Assembly: GCA_902795215.1 (NCBI GenBank)
Contig: CADBKG010000008.1
Location: 8,749 to 72,748, forward strand
From: an uncultured Erysipelotrichaceae bacterium
Lineage (GTDB): Bacteria; Bacillota_I; Bacilli_A; RF39; UBA660
Reading direction: 5' to 3'
Length of the DNA stretch: 64,000 nt
Shown: positions 18,643 through 27,528 of the stretch, one piece after another
How the letters are laid out: the number at the start of each line of letters is the position of its first letter
Numbering within the stretch: the first letter of the stretch is position 1
The notes under the pieces: generated by a model
Databases searched by the model: none
Seen by the model: the letters and a program-made list of their open reading frames with translations, nothing else
What the model was told of the DNA's origin: nothing
Position numbers and translations under genes: made by a program

Positions 18643-21600
18643 ATGGATATGAAAAAGTTTGAATCACTAGATAAAAGTGAAACAAGTAAGGTTGAAAAAA
18701 AGATATTAAAAAAATGGAAAAAAGAAAATATCTTAAACAAGACTATTCAAAATAGGGAAGGTAATGAAACTTGGGTTTTTTATGATGGACCAATATACGC
18801 TAATGCAAAACCAGGAATTCATCATGTATTTGCTAAGACTATAAAAGATGCTTTTTGTAAGTATAAAACTATGCAAGGATATAAAGTTTTAAGAAAAATA
18901 GGACTTGATACACATGGTTTACCAATTGAAGTAAACGTTGAGAAGAAACTTGGTTTCAAAACAAAAGCTGATATTGAAAAATTTGGTGTTGAGAACTTCT
19001 GTATCGAGTGTAACAAAAATACAGCGCTTAATATTGATGAAGTAAATAAAGTTACAGATATGATGGGGCAATTTATTGATTGCGATAAACCATATGTTAC
19101 ATGTTCTAATGAATTTATAGAAACTGAATGGTGGTTACTTAAAGAAATCGCTAAAAAAGATCTATTATATTATGGTAATAAAGTACTATGGTATTGTCCT
19201 AGATGTGGTACAGAATTATCTGCAAGTGAGGTATCACAAGGATATCAAGAAGATCCTGTTAATTCTATAATTCTACCATTTAAGAAAAGTGATGAAGACG
19301 TATATTTCTTAGTATGGACTACAACTCCTTGGACATTAATTGCTAATCTTGCAATATGTGTTAATCCTAATTATACATACTTAAAAGTTGAGTCTAAGGG
19401 ATATAAATTTATTATTTGTGAAACTTTACTTGAAAAAGTACTAGGTGAAGACGTAAAAGTTCTTGAGACATATAAAGGTACAGATTTAATCGGTATGAAA
19501 TATGATCAACTTATGCCATTTATCGATGTTCCTGGTAAGGCATTTGAAGTTATTGCAGATGAATACGTAACAGATTCTGATGGTACTGGTCTTGTTCATA
19601 TTGCGCCTGCTTATGGTGAAGATGATAATAGAGTTTGTAAAAAATTTGGTATTGATCCAATTAATCCAGTTGGACCAGATGGATGTTACACTGAAGGTCC
19701 ATGGGAAGGAAGACTTGTTACAGATCCAGAACTTGAAGTTGAAATTATTAAGTGGCTTAAAGAAAATGATAAACTATTTAAGAAAATTAGATTAACTCAC
19801 GATTATCCTCACTGCTGGAGATGTAAGAGTGCTTTAATTAGTTATCCTAAACCAGCATGGTATATCGAAACAACAAAATATAAAAAAGAGATTATAGAAG
19901 CTAATAAAAAAGTTAAATGGTACCCATCTTACATAGGTGAAAAAAGATTTGGAAATTGGCTTGAAAACATGATCGATTGGGGAATCTCTAGAAGTAGATA
20001 TTGGGGATGTCCAATGCCAATTTGGACTTGTGAATGTGGTCATCGTGAAGTTATTGGTTCACTTGATGAATTACAAGAAAAGATTATGGAAGATATTGAT
20101 GTTAGAAAAATAGAATTGCATAGACCATATGTTGATGATTTACATATTAAATGTGAAAAATGTGGAAAAACTATGGACAGAGTAAAAGATGTAATGGATG
20201 TATGGTTTGATTCAGGTGCAATGCCATATGGTCAATATCATTACCCATTTGAAAATAAACAATTATTTGAATCACAATTCCCTGCAGATTTTATTGCAGA
20301 AGGTGTTGATCAAACAAGAGGATGGTTTAATTCATTAATTTGTATATCTACTATTGTAAGTGGAACATCATCTTATAAAAGTGTTGTTGTTAATGATATG
20401 ATGTTAGATGCAGAAGGTAAAAAGATGAGCAAATCATCTGGTAATATTGTTGACCCAGTTGCAATAATGGAAAAATATGGCGCAGATAATATTAGATGGT
20501 ATATGCTTTATGCATCTCCAGTTTGGACACCATTAAAATTTTCTGAAGAAGGTGTTAAAGAAGTACATTCTAAGTTCTTTAATCCATTTAAAAACACATA
20601 TTCATTCTTTGAAACTTATGCTAATATAGATAAGATTGATATTGATAAATGCAAGATTCCTTATGAAAACCGCGAAGAAATAGATAAATGGTTATTATCT
20701 AAATATAATAAGCTTGTAAAAGATGTAACATATGAATATGAACACTTTGACTTAAATAATGTTACAAGATTAATAACTCAATTTGTTTCTGAAGATTTAT
20801 CAAACTGGTATATTAGAAGAAATAGAAATAGATTTTGGGCAAGTGAAATGACTGATTCTAAAAAATCTGTTTATATAACAACTTATGAAGTACTTGAAGG
20901 TTTATGTAAATTATGTGCGCCTATCGCTTCATATACAACAGAAGAAATATTTACAAAACTAACAAGAAAAGAATCTGTTCATTTAGAAGATTTCCCTAAA
21001 GTTGATGAAAAACTAATCAACAAAGAAATCGAAACAAGAATGGATTTAGTAAGAGATTTAATTTCAACTGGTAGATATGTTAGAGAAGAAGCTAAGATTA
21101 AAGTTAGACAACCTCTTTCAGAATGTATTATAAATGGAGCTTATAAGAAAATTCTTGGTGACTTAACTGAATTAATTAAAGAAGAATTAAATGTTAAAAA
21201 AGTTACATATGTAGAAGATTTATCTAAATACATGCATTTTAATATTAAACCTAACTTTAAAGTAGTAGGTCCTACTCTTGGAAGTAATATAAAAGCATTC
21301 CAAGGAGCACTTATGGATTTAAATGAAGAAGATAAGAAGATGCTTCTAAAAGAAGAAACTATTACAATTGACTTCAATGGCGAAAGATTAGATGTTACAC
21401 CTGATATGGTTGATGTTAGAATAGAAGCTAAAGAAGGATTCAATGTTGGAATGGAAAACAATAAGTTCGTTATTCTTAATACAGACATCGATAGAGATTT
21501 ACTACTAGAAGGACTAGCTAGAGAATTTGTTTCTAAAGTTCAAAATATGCGTAAAACTAGTGGCCTTGAAATCGAAAATAGAATCGAATTATATTATGAT

Positions 21601-21750
21601 GGTGACAAAGAAATTTTAGAATCACTATCTAAATATTCTGATTATGTAAAAGAAGAAACACTTGCAACTGTATATGAAAATAAAGATTCAGGTGAAGAAA
21701 TCGACGTAAATGGTCATAAAGTTAAAGTTCAAATTAAAAAGGTAGATTAG
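18643..21750 (+). CDS. ileS: isoleucine--tRNA ligase, type 2 (long, Thermus/eukaryote-like form)
   Basis: HIGH-region PGIHHV, KMSKS, ~1035 aa. The N-terminal region aligns with my recollection of Thermus-type IleRS (DTHGLPIE, CPRCGT.LS..EV..GY). It is preceded by an Ile T-box. Confidence 0.95.
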   Translation: MDMKKFESLDKSETSKVEKKILKKWKKENILNKTIQNREGNETWVFYDGPIYANAKPGIHHVFAKTIKDAFCKYKTMQGYKVLRKIGLDTHGLPIEVNVEKKLGFKTKADIEKFGVENFCIECNKNTALNIDEVNKVTDMMGQFIDCDKPYVTCSNEFIETEWWLLKEIAKKDLLYYGNKVLWYCPRCGTELSASEVSQGYQEDPVNSIILPFKKSDEDVYFLVWTTTPWTLIANLAICVNPNYTYLKVESKGYKFIICETLLEKVLGEDVKVLETYKGTDLIGMKYDQLMPFIDVPGKAFEVIADEYVTDSDGTGLVHIAPAYGEDDNRVCKKFGIDPINPVGPDGCYTEGPWEGRLVTDPELEVEIIKWLKENDKLFKKIRLTHDYPHCWRCKSALISYPKPAWYIETTKYKKEIIEANKKVKWYPSYIGEKRFGNWLENMIDWGISRSRYWGCPMPIWTCECGHREVIGSLDELQEKIMEDIDVRKIELHRPYVDDLHIKCEKCGKTMDRVKDVMDVWFDSGAMPYGQYHYPFENKQLFESQFPADFIAEGVDQTRGWFNSLICISTIVSGTSSYKSVVVNDMMLDAEGKKMSKSSGNIVDPVAIMEKYGADNIRWYMLYASPVWTPLKFSEEGVKEVHSKFFNPFKNTYSFFETYANIDKIDIDKCKIPYENREEIDKWLLSKYNKLVKDVTYEYEHFDLNNVTRLITQFVSEDLSNWYIRRNRNRFWASEMTDSKKSVYITTYEVLEGLCKLCAPIASYTTEEIFTKLTRKESVHLEDFPKVDEKLINKEIETRMDLVRDLISTGRYVREEAKIKVRQPLSECIINGAYKKILGDLTELIKEELNVKKVTYVEDLSKYMHFNIKPNFKVVGPTLGSNIKAFQGALMDLNEEDKKMLLKEETITIDFNGERLDVTPDMVDVRIEAKEGFNVGMENNKFVILNTDIDRDLLLEGLAREFVSKVQNMRKTSGLEIENRIELYYDGDKEILESLSKYSDYVKEETLATVYENKDSGEEIDVNGHKVKVQIKKVD

Positions 21751-21761
21751 TCTACCTTTTT
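21739..21761 (+). terminator. intrinsic terminator after ileS
   Basis: GGTAGA-ttag-TCTACC plus T7, overlapping stop TAG 21748-21750. Confidence 0.75.
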
Positions 21762-21788
21762 TTGATATACTTAAAATAGGTGAGAAGT

Positions 21789-22628
21789 ATGAAAAATATA
21801 AAAGAAAAAATAGTATATTTATCATTAATAACATTGCTATTATCATTTGCATTTATCTTTATAAAAATAGATATACTTTCATATAAAAGTTATAACTTTT
21901 TAGGAATATTACTTACTTTTATAGGTTATATTATGGTCATATATGGAATTAAAAAAGGACAAAAAGAAATATATAATATGGGACTTGTTTTATACTTTGC
22001 ATCATTTATACTTGTGTTTTTTGAAATTGCAAACAAGCATAGTAAATTTACTCAGTTTAAAGAATATCAAGATACTAGAATAATTTTCTGCACAGGATTT
22101 TATATATTAATAACTTCTCTTATAATATTTATTCCAAGTATATTTATTAAAAACAAAAATGAAGATAAAAAAGAAGTAAAAGCTAAAACAAAAAAACAAA
22201 AGAAAATCAAAAAAGAAACTATAAAAGAAGAAAAGAACTATATCGCTGGATATTATGTATATGGTATTAAAAATAAACAAGGATTATTTGATAGTCTATG
22301 TGCCATAAAAAAAGAAGAAGATAATATTATTCTATATATTAAAGATATTGAAAAGAAGATTCCTATATCTAAGATTACTGATATTGACATTAAGAATGAT
22401 ATTATAGAAAAATCTAGATTAAAAGAAATATCTGAAGAAGATAATAAAACTATATTTAAAAAGTTACATTTAAAAACTCCTTTTTATAATTTAATAGAAT
22501 TTAAAAACAAAAAATCAAATTACACTAGTATATACGAATATACATTAACTTATAAAACAGGTAAGACAGAAAATAAAATAATGATTAAAACTATAGAAGA
22601 TCCAAAAAGCTTTATAAGTATAGATTAA
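21789..22628 (+). CDS. hypothetical multi-pass membrane protein with Lys-rich linker and C-terminal soluble domain
   Basis: AGGTGAG precedes ATG 21789. There are about four hydrophobic segments in the N-terminal half, then KKEVKAKTKKQKKIKKE, then a soluble domain. Confidence 0.6.
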   Translation: MKNIKEKIVYLSLITLLLSFAFIFIKIDILSYKSYNFLGILLTFIGYIMVIYGIKKGQKEIYNMGLVLYFASFILVFFEIANKHSKFTQFKEYQDTRIIFCTGFYILITSLIIFIPSIFIKNKNEDKKEVKAKTKKQKKIKKETIKEEKNYIAGYYVYGIKNKQGLFDSLCAIKKEEDNIILYIKDIEKKIPISKITDIDIKNDIIEKSRLKEISEEDNKTIFKKLHLKTPFYNLIEFKNKKSNYTSIYEYTLTYKTGKTENKIMIKTIEDPKSFISID

Positions 22629-22651
22629 CAAAGTTTTGTAAATCATATGAC

Positions 22652-22680
22652 TTGACATCATCTTTATACTGGAGTATATT
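22652..22680 (+). promoter_or_regulatory. sigma-A type promoter of the type III TA operon
   Basis: TTGACA (22652-22657), a 17-nt spacer, then TATATT (22675-22680), about 30 nt upstream of the first RNA repeat. Confidence 0.7.
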
Positions 22681-22707
22681 AAAAACACATAACTTATTTA
22701 TGTAATT

Positions 22708-22817
22708 AAAAAAGCTGGTGATTCCGACCATAACAGGAACCTAAAAAAGCGGCGATTCCGGCCATGACAGGAAACTAAAAAAGCGGCGATTCCGGCCACG
22801 ACAGGAAACCAAAAAAG
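22708..22817 (+). ncRNA. toxI: ToxI-like type III antitoxin RNA: 3.2 tandem 34-35 nt repeats
   Basis: Repeat 1 is AAAAAAGCTGGTGATTCCGACCATAACAGGAACCT (22708-22742). Repeat 2 is AAAAAAGCGGCGATTCCGGCCATGACAGGAAACT (22743-22776). Repeat 3 is AAAAAAGCGGCGATTCCGGCCACGACAGGAAACC (22777-22810), followed by a partial AAAAAAG. The repeats are head-to-tail with no spacers, GC-rich in an AT-rich genome and non-coding. They lie between a promoter and a terminator directly upstream of a ToxN-family gene. Confidence 0.85.
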
Positions 22818-22819
22818 AA

Positions 22820-22847
22820 ATTAGAGAGCTCACTCTAATTTTTATTT
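22820..22847 (+). terminator. intrinsic terminator between antitoxin RNA and toxin gene
   Basis: ATTAGAG-agctca-CTCTAAT is followed by ttttattt. In known type III TA loci a terminator at this position sets the RNA:toxin ratio. Confidence 0.75.
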
Positions 22848-22862
22848 CTCTATGGGGGGACA

Positions 22863-23369
22863 ATGGAAGAGTTAAAATTAGTAAAAATAGATATTGATTA
22901 TTGTAATTATTTACGAAAGTTTGATAAAAAAATAGTCTATAATTCTGAAAACAAGAAAAATAGACCGTTTTTGGGTATTTTATTTAATATAGACTATATA
23001 ATGTATTTTGCTCCGCTATCAAGTCCAAAAGAAAAACATTTTAAAATGCACGATAATATTGATTTTCTTAAAATCGATGGTGGTAAGCTTGGGGTAGTGA
23101 ATTTAAACTTAATGATTCCAGTGGAATATGATAATATTGAGATAATAAATTTGTCTAACAAATATGCTAATAAAAAATATATAAATCTTTTAAACAAACA
23201 AAGTTATTGGATTAATAGACATAAAAACAGGCTGTTTTCAAAAGCATATAAATTATATAAAGATTATTATAATGATAAACTTAACTTTCTAATTAAGGAA
23301 AGATGCTGTAACTATCCACTATTAGAAGAAAAGTGTTTTGAATATAATAATGGATTTTTAAAGTGTTGA
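22863..23369 (+). CDS. toxN: ToxN/AbiQ-family type III toxin endoribonuclease
   Basis: GGGGGGA RBS, 168 aa. Blocks match ToxN as I recall it: YCNYLRKFDKKI (ToxN YIEYLKEFDDKV), PFLGILFNIDYIMYFAPLSSPK (AFIGIVLEIQGHKYLAPLTSPK), GVVNLNLMIPV (GLINLKFMIPI), CCNYPLLEEKC (CNFSLLEEKY). Confidence 0.9.
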   Translation: MEELKLVKIDIDYCNYLRKFDKKIVYNSENKKNRPFLGILFNIDYIMYFAPLSSPKEKHFKMHDNIDFLKIDGGKLGVVNLNLMIPVEYDNIEIINLSNKYANKKYINLLNKQSYWINRHKNRLFSKAYKLYKDYYNDKLNFLIKERCCNYPLLEEKCFEYNNGFLKC

Positions 23370-23394
23370 AATAATAATTAATTTGTGTTAAGAT
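23366..23394 (+). promoter_or_regulatory. promoter for the thrS leader
   Basis: TTGAAA (23366-23371), a 17-nt spacer, then TGtTAAGAT, an extended -10 (23386-23394). Confidence 0.6.
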
Positions 23395-23600
23395 ACATTT
23401 GTAAATCGAAAGAAAGACACGGCTTTAATAGGAGTAATCAAGAGAGTGAGTGGTTGGTGCAAACTCATTTACAAATAATAAAGTTACTACTTTCTAGAGG
23501 GTCTAATAAACCACGTATGACTAGCGTTATTTAGTCTAAGAGTTAAATTAAGGATGGTACCGTGCATATGCACTCCTTTGGTGCTATCTTTTTTTATTTA
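23395..23600 (+). promoter_or_regulatory. T-box riboswitch leader (Thr)
   Basis: The T-box AAGGATGGTACCGTGC lies at 23550-23565. AGAGAG and GGTTGGTGCAAAC stem I motifs are present. Candidate ACU specifiers sit in agttACTACTttc. The terminator GATGGTACC...GGTGCTATC plus T8 overlaps the T-box. Confidence 0.85.
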
Positions 23601-23615
23601 GAAAGAAGGAAAAAT

Positions 23616-25379
23616 ATGGTAAATTTTAAAGAAAATGAAGAGTTAAACAAATTAAATCACAGTTGTGCTCATCTACTTGCGCAAGCTGTAAAACATCTAT
23701 ACCCAGAGGCTAAATTTTGGGTAGGTCCTGTTGTAGATGAGGGATTTTATTATGATATCGATTTAGGGGATAAGGTTATAACAGAAGAAGATATTCCTAA
23801 AATCGAAAAAGAAATGAAAAAATGTGCAAAAGATAATAAACTAATTAAAAGACATGAAATATCTAAAGAAGAAGCGCTTGAAATGTTTAAAGATGATCCT
23901 TATAAAATGGATTTAATATCTAGAATGGATGAAGATACAACTGTTATATCTTGTTATTCTCAAGGGGACTTTACAGACCTATGTCGTGGTCCACATGTTG
24001 AGTCTACAAAACTTCTTAAGAATTTTAAATTAACTAAATTCTCTGGTGCATATTGGAAAGGTGATAAAAATAATAAAATGCTTCAAAGAATATATGGAGT
24101 ATGTTTTCCAACACCTGAAGAGTTAGAAGAACATTTAAAAGAACTTGAAGAGGCTAAAGAAAGAGACCATAGAAAACTAGGTAAAGAAATGGGTATTTAT
24201 ATGATATCTGATTTAATAGGAAAAGGAATGCCACTTTATTTACCTAATGGTTATACTTTATGGAGAACTCTTCAAAACTATATTACTGATAAAGAAATAA
24301 AATATGGTTATCAGCATGTTCATACACCTGATGTAGGTACAAAGCAATTATATGAAACATCTGGACATTGGGATCATTACAAAGAAAATATGTTCCCTGC
24401 AATGGAAGTTGACGGTGAAACATATGTTTTAAGACCAATGAATTGTCCACATCATATGGTAATTTTTGGTAGTGATATTCATTCTTATCGTGATTTACCA
24501 CTTAGAATTGCTGAAGTTGCCAATGACTTTAGATACGAAGCCGCAGGTGCATGTAAAGGTCTTGAAAGAGTTAGAGCAATGACCCAAAATGATTCACATA
24601 TATTCTGCAGGCCTGATCAAGTTGAAGAAGAGTTTAAAAGTGTAGTAAACTTAATAATGGAAGTATATAGTGATTTTAAGGTAGATGTTAGTAAATTCGA
24701 ATTTAGATTATCACTAAGAGATAAAAACTCTAAAACAAATAAATATTATGATGATGATGAAATGTGGGATAAAGCTGAAAATGCATTAAGAAATGTTTTA
24801 AAAGAGATGAAGCTTGATTTCTTTGAAGCTAAAGATGAAGCTGCATTTTATGGCCCAAAACTAGATGTCCTTGTTAAACCTGCAGTTGGTCCTGCAGTAA
24901 CAATTCCAACAGTACAGCTTGATTTCTTACTTCCTAAGAATTTTGAATTATCATATATAGATGAAAATGGAGAAAAGAAAACACCAGTTGTTATCCATAG
25001 AGCAATACTTGGATCAATAGATAGATTTATGGCATTCCTTTTAGAAGAAACAAAAGGTAACTTACCATTATGGCTTGCACCTAAACAAATAAATATTATT
25101 CCTGTTAATAACGAATATCATTTAGATTATGCTAAAGATGTTTATAATAAATTACTTGAATTAGGATATAGAGTCGAGCTTGATGATAGAAATGAAAAGT
25201 TATCTTATAAGATGAGAGAATCTCAAATCAAAAAAATACCTTTAACTTTAATACTTGGCGATAAAGAAAAAGATGCGAAAGAAATAAGTTATAGAAAATA
25301 TTCTAGTAAAGAAACCACTACATTAAAATATGATGAATTTATTGATTATTTAAATAAAAGAATAGAAAGTAAAGATTAA
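23616..25379 (+). CDS. thrS: threonine--tRNA ligase (lacks N-terminal TGS domain)
   Basis: The true start is ATG 23616 (MVNFKENEEL) after gaaagaagga; the track's upstream extension lies inside the T-box terminator. Motifs include HSCAHLLAQA, FTDLCRGPH, RPMNCPHH and class II motifs, plus a C-terminal anticodon-binding domain. The protein begins about 13 aa before the HSxAH motif, so no TGS domain is present. Confidence 0.95.
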   Translation: MVNFKENEELNKLNHSCAHLLAQAVKHLYPEAKFWVGPVVDEGFYYDIDLGDKVITEEDIPKIEKEMKKCAKDNKLIKRHEISKEEALEMFKDDPYKMDLISRMDEDTTVISCYSQGDFTDLCRGPHVESTKLLKNFKLTKFSGAYWKGDKNNKMLQRIYGVCFPTPEELEEHLKELEEAKERDHRKLGKEMGIYMISDLIGKGMPLYLPNGYTLWRTLQNYITDKEIKYGYQHVHTPDVGTKQLYETSGHWDHYKENMFPAMEVDGETYVLRPMNCPHHMVIFGSDIHSYRDLPLRIAEVANDFRYEAAGACKGLERVRAMTQNDSHIFCRPDQVEEEFKSVVNLIMEVYSDFKVDVSKFEFRLSLRDKNSKTNKYYDDDEMWDKAENALRNVLKEMKLDFFEAKDEAAFYGPKLDVLVKPAVGPAVTIPTVQLDFLLPKNFELSYIDENGEKKTPVVIHRAILGSIDRFMAFLLEETKGNLPLWLAPKQINIIPVNNEYHLDYAKDVYNKLLELGYRVELDDRNEKLSYKMRESQIKKIPLTLILGDKEKDAKEISYRKYSSKETTTLKYDEFIDYLNKRIESKD

Positions 25380-25380
25380 T

Positions 25381-25785
25381 ATGGATATAAGTGTTACAGA
25401 GTTAAATACTAAAAAAAGAGTTGATTTTGAAGGAAGTCCTGATTTAAAAGAGTACTTTACAAGTGATGTAAAAGATATTAAAAACTTAAAAGTAAGCGGG
25501 ACTATAATTGATAACGATACCGATGATTATGAAATTAAATTAAGCATTAAAGGTACACTTGTTTTAAAAAGTGTCATAAATGGTAGTGATGTTTTAGAAG
25601 ATTTTGATATCGATTATGAAGATTTTATTGAAAATTTGGTTGAAAAATACAAAAATAGTTCAAATTCGCTTGATATTTTACCAATTATATGGGAAAATAT
25701 ATTGCTGGAGATTCCCATACGTGCAGTCAACGAGGGAGATACATATGAAACTTCAAGCGGAGATGGCTGGGAAATAGTGGATTAA
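25381..25785 (+). CDS. YceD/DUF177 family protein (rpmF-associated)
   Basis: It occupies the conserved position directly upstream of rpmF. The C-terminal ILPIIWENILLEIPIRAV resembles the DUF177 signature. It is shorter than typical family members and lacks the C-terminal Cys motif. Confidence 0.6.
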   Translation: MDISVTELNTKKRVDFEGSPDLKEYFTSDVKDIKNLKVSGTIIDNDTDDYEIKLSIKGTLVLKSVINGSDVLEDFDIDYEDFIENLVEKYKNSSNSLDILPIIWENILLEIPIRAVNEGDTYETSSGDGWEIVD

Positions 25786-25806
25786 GAGTAAGAGAGGAGA
25801 GATATT

Positions 25807-26007
25807 ATGGCAGTTCCTTTTAGAAGAACAAGTAAAACTAAAAAAAGAATGCGTCGTACTCATTTAAAAAAAGAGGTTCCAGGAATGATTTCATGTCCTA
25901 ACTGTGGTGAACCAATTAAACCTCATAGAGTATGTACAAAATGTGGATATTATAAAAATAAAGAAGTTATTGTAACAAAAGATAACGCTCAAGAAGAGGA
26001 AGAATAA
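25807..26007 (+). CDS. rpmF: 50S ribosomal protein L32 (zinc-ribbon form)
   Basis: [19 protein letters not shown] plus CPNCG...CTKCG. The RBS is GAGAGGAGAG. Confidence 0.95.
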   Translation: MAVPFRRTSKTKKRMRRTHLKKEVPGMISCPNCGEPIKPHRVCTKCGYYKNKEVIVTKDNAQEEEE

Positions 26008-26076
26008 TCCTCTTTTATTATGCTTGTAAAAGTAAAGAATATAGTATAAAATAATATATGTGAAAGGAGAATTCAA

Positions 26077-27225
26077 ATGGATAGTTATCCAGTCGCTGAT
26101 AAAAAAAGTCAAACTCTTATGCAGCTTGCGCATTACTTCATAACAGTAGAAAACTATACTCCAATTGTAGTTAAAGGGGCAGAAAACGAATTATGGCTTG
26201 AAAATTTGGATGCTCCTTATAGAATAATTAGACTTAATCTAAATTATATACATAATAATGAACAATTAAAATTTGATTTATTTAAAATAAAGGGAATTGT
26301 AAAACAAGTAAAAAGAAAAACACTTAGTTTTCATGTTGATACATTAAATATACTTTTAAATGCTGGCTATAATGTTGATTTAAATAAAGAGGAAGACAAA
26401 CAAATAGAATCTATAATTATCGATACAGAAAAAGGTGTTGAAAACTCTGAAGTTATTAACAATATGTATCCTAAATTAAAATCTAATTTATTAAGTACTG
26501 ACGATGATATATCATTCTTTATAAATGTTACTGATGGAATAAATAGAAAGACGGCGAAAGAAAATATGAAATACGAAAAGATGTTTTCAAATAAAAAACC
26601 AACTGCAACTTATACTTTAATGGGAATAAATATACTCGTTTATATTATTTGCTTACTTGCAGCTGTAGCATTTAATAAAGATTTTTATTCAGTACTTGCT
26701 TTAAATGGGTCGCTTGTTAAAAGTGGAGAAATATATAGAATTATAACTGCAGCTTTCTTACATCAAAATTTATTTCATATATTTACAAATATGTATTCAC
26801 TTTATATAATTGGACCACAAGCCGAAAAATTCTTAGGAAAAACAAAATATGTAATAGTATATTTAATAAGTGCAATAACAGGATCACTACTTTCATGTGT
26901 AATTAATAGTGGATGGTCACTTGGTGCAAGTGGTGCAATATTTGGTGTAATGGGAATATTATTATACTTTGGATATCATTATAGATTATATTTAAAGGAT
27001 GCACTTCTTAGTCAAATAGTACCGGTAATTGCATTAAATTTAGCAATAGGATTTATGGTACCAAGAATAGATATGGCAGCCCATGTTGGAGGCCTTGTAG
27101 GTGGTTTATTTGGTGCGATGGCTTTAGGTGCAGAAGAAAGTGAAAATAAATCTGATAAAATCAATGGAACAATATGCCTTGCAATATTAGTTGTAGCATT
27201 ATGCTATTTGATATTTTTTAGATAA
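26077..27225 (+). CDS. rhomboid family intramembrane serine protease with N-terminal cytoplasmic domain
   Basis: HQNLFHIFTNM (HxxxxHxxxN), GASGAIFGVMG (catalytic GxSG), AAHVGGLVGG (catalytic His). It has six or more TM segments in the C-terminal half. Confidence 0.9.
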   Translation: MDSYPVADKKSQTLMQLAHYFITVENYTPIVVKGAENELWLENLDAPYRIIRLNLNYIHNNEQLKFDLFKIKGIVKQVKRKTLSFHVDTLNILLNAGYNVDLNKEEDKQIESIIIDTEKGVENSEVINNMYPKLKSNLLSTDDDISFFINVTDGINRKTAKENMKYEKMFSNKKPTATYTLMGINILVYIICLLAAVAFNKDFYSVLALNGSLVKSGEIYRIITAAFLHQNLFHIFTNMYSLYIIGPQAEKFLGKTKYVIVYLISAITGSLLSCVINSGWSLGASGAIFGVMGILLYFGYHYRLYLKDALLSQIVPVIALNLAIGFMVPRIDMAAHVGGLVGGLFGAMALGAEESENKSDKINGTICLAILVVALCYLIFFR

Positions 27226-27274
27226 AAAACTTGCAAATATAATAAAAAAATGATATATTATATTTGCGTTTCAT

Positions 27275-27351
27275 GGCGGTGTAGCTCAGTTGGCTAGAGC
27301 GACTGGTTCATACCCAGTAGGTCGGGAGTTCAATTCTCTCCGCCGCTACCA
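27275..27351 (+). tRNA. tRNA-Met (CAU), elongator type
   Basis: I folded a 77-nt cloverleaf by hand. Acceptor GGCGGTG/CGCCGCT; D arm GCTC-AGTTGGCTA-GAGC; anticodon stem ACTGG/CCAGT with loop TTCATAC; T arm GGGAG-TTCAATT-CTCTC; encoded CCA. It is near-identical in its stems to Bacillus elongator tRNA-Met. It lacks the initiator features (no 3 G:C pairs in the anticodon stem). Confidence 0.9.
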
Positions 27352-27359
27352 ATGAATAT

Positions 27360-27387
27360 AAATCTAACAGTATAGTTAGATTTTTTT
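27360..27387 (+). terminator. intrinsic terminator after tRNA-Met
   Basis: AAATCTAAC-agtata-GTTAGATTT plus a T-run. Confidence 0.8.
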
Positions 27388-27528
27388 GTTGCAAATATAT
27401 ATGGTTTTCAGGGTTTCTGTGAAAGAGTGTTGATAAAGAATAAAGATGCTTTTGATATATGTTTCTAAATATTAATGATTTTAAGTTTAATATGTAGTAT
27501 AATAATGGACTAAAAAGGAGGATTGTAA

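Noticed and set aside
22708-22817. Could the GC-rich direct repeats be a mini CRISPR array or a transposon/integron terminal repeat?
   Set aside because: The repeats are contiguous with no spacers and there are only ~3 copies. No cas, integrase or transposase genes are nearby. The promoter-repeats-terminator-ToxN layout explains them fully as a type III antitoxin RNA.
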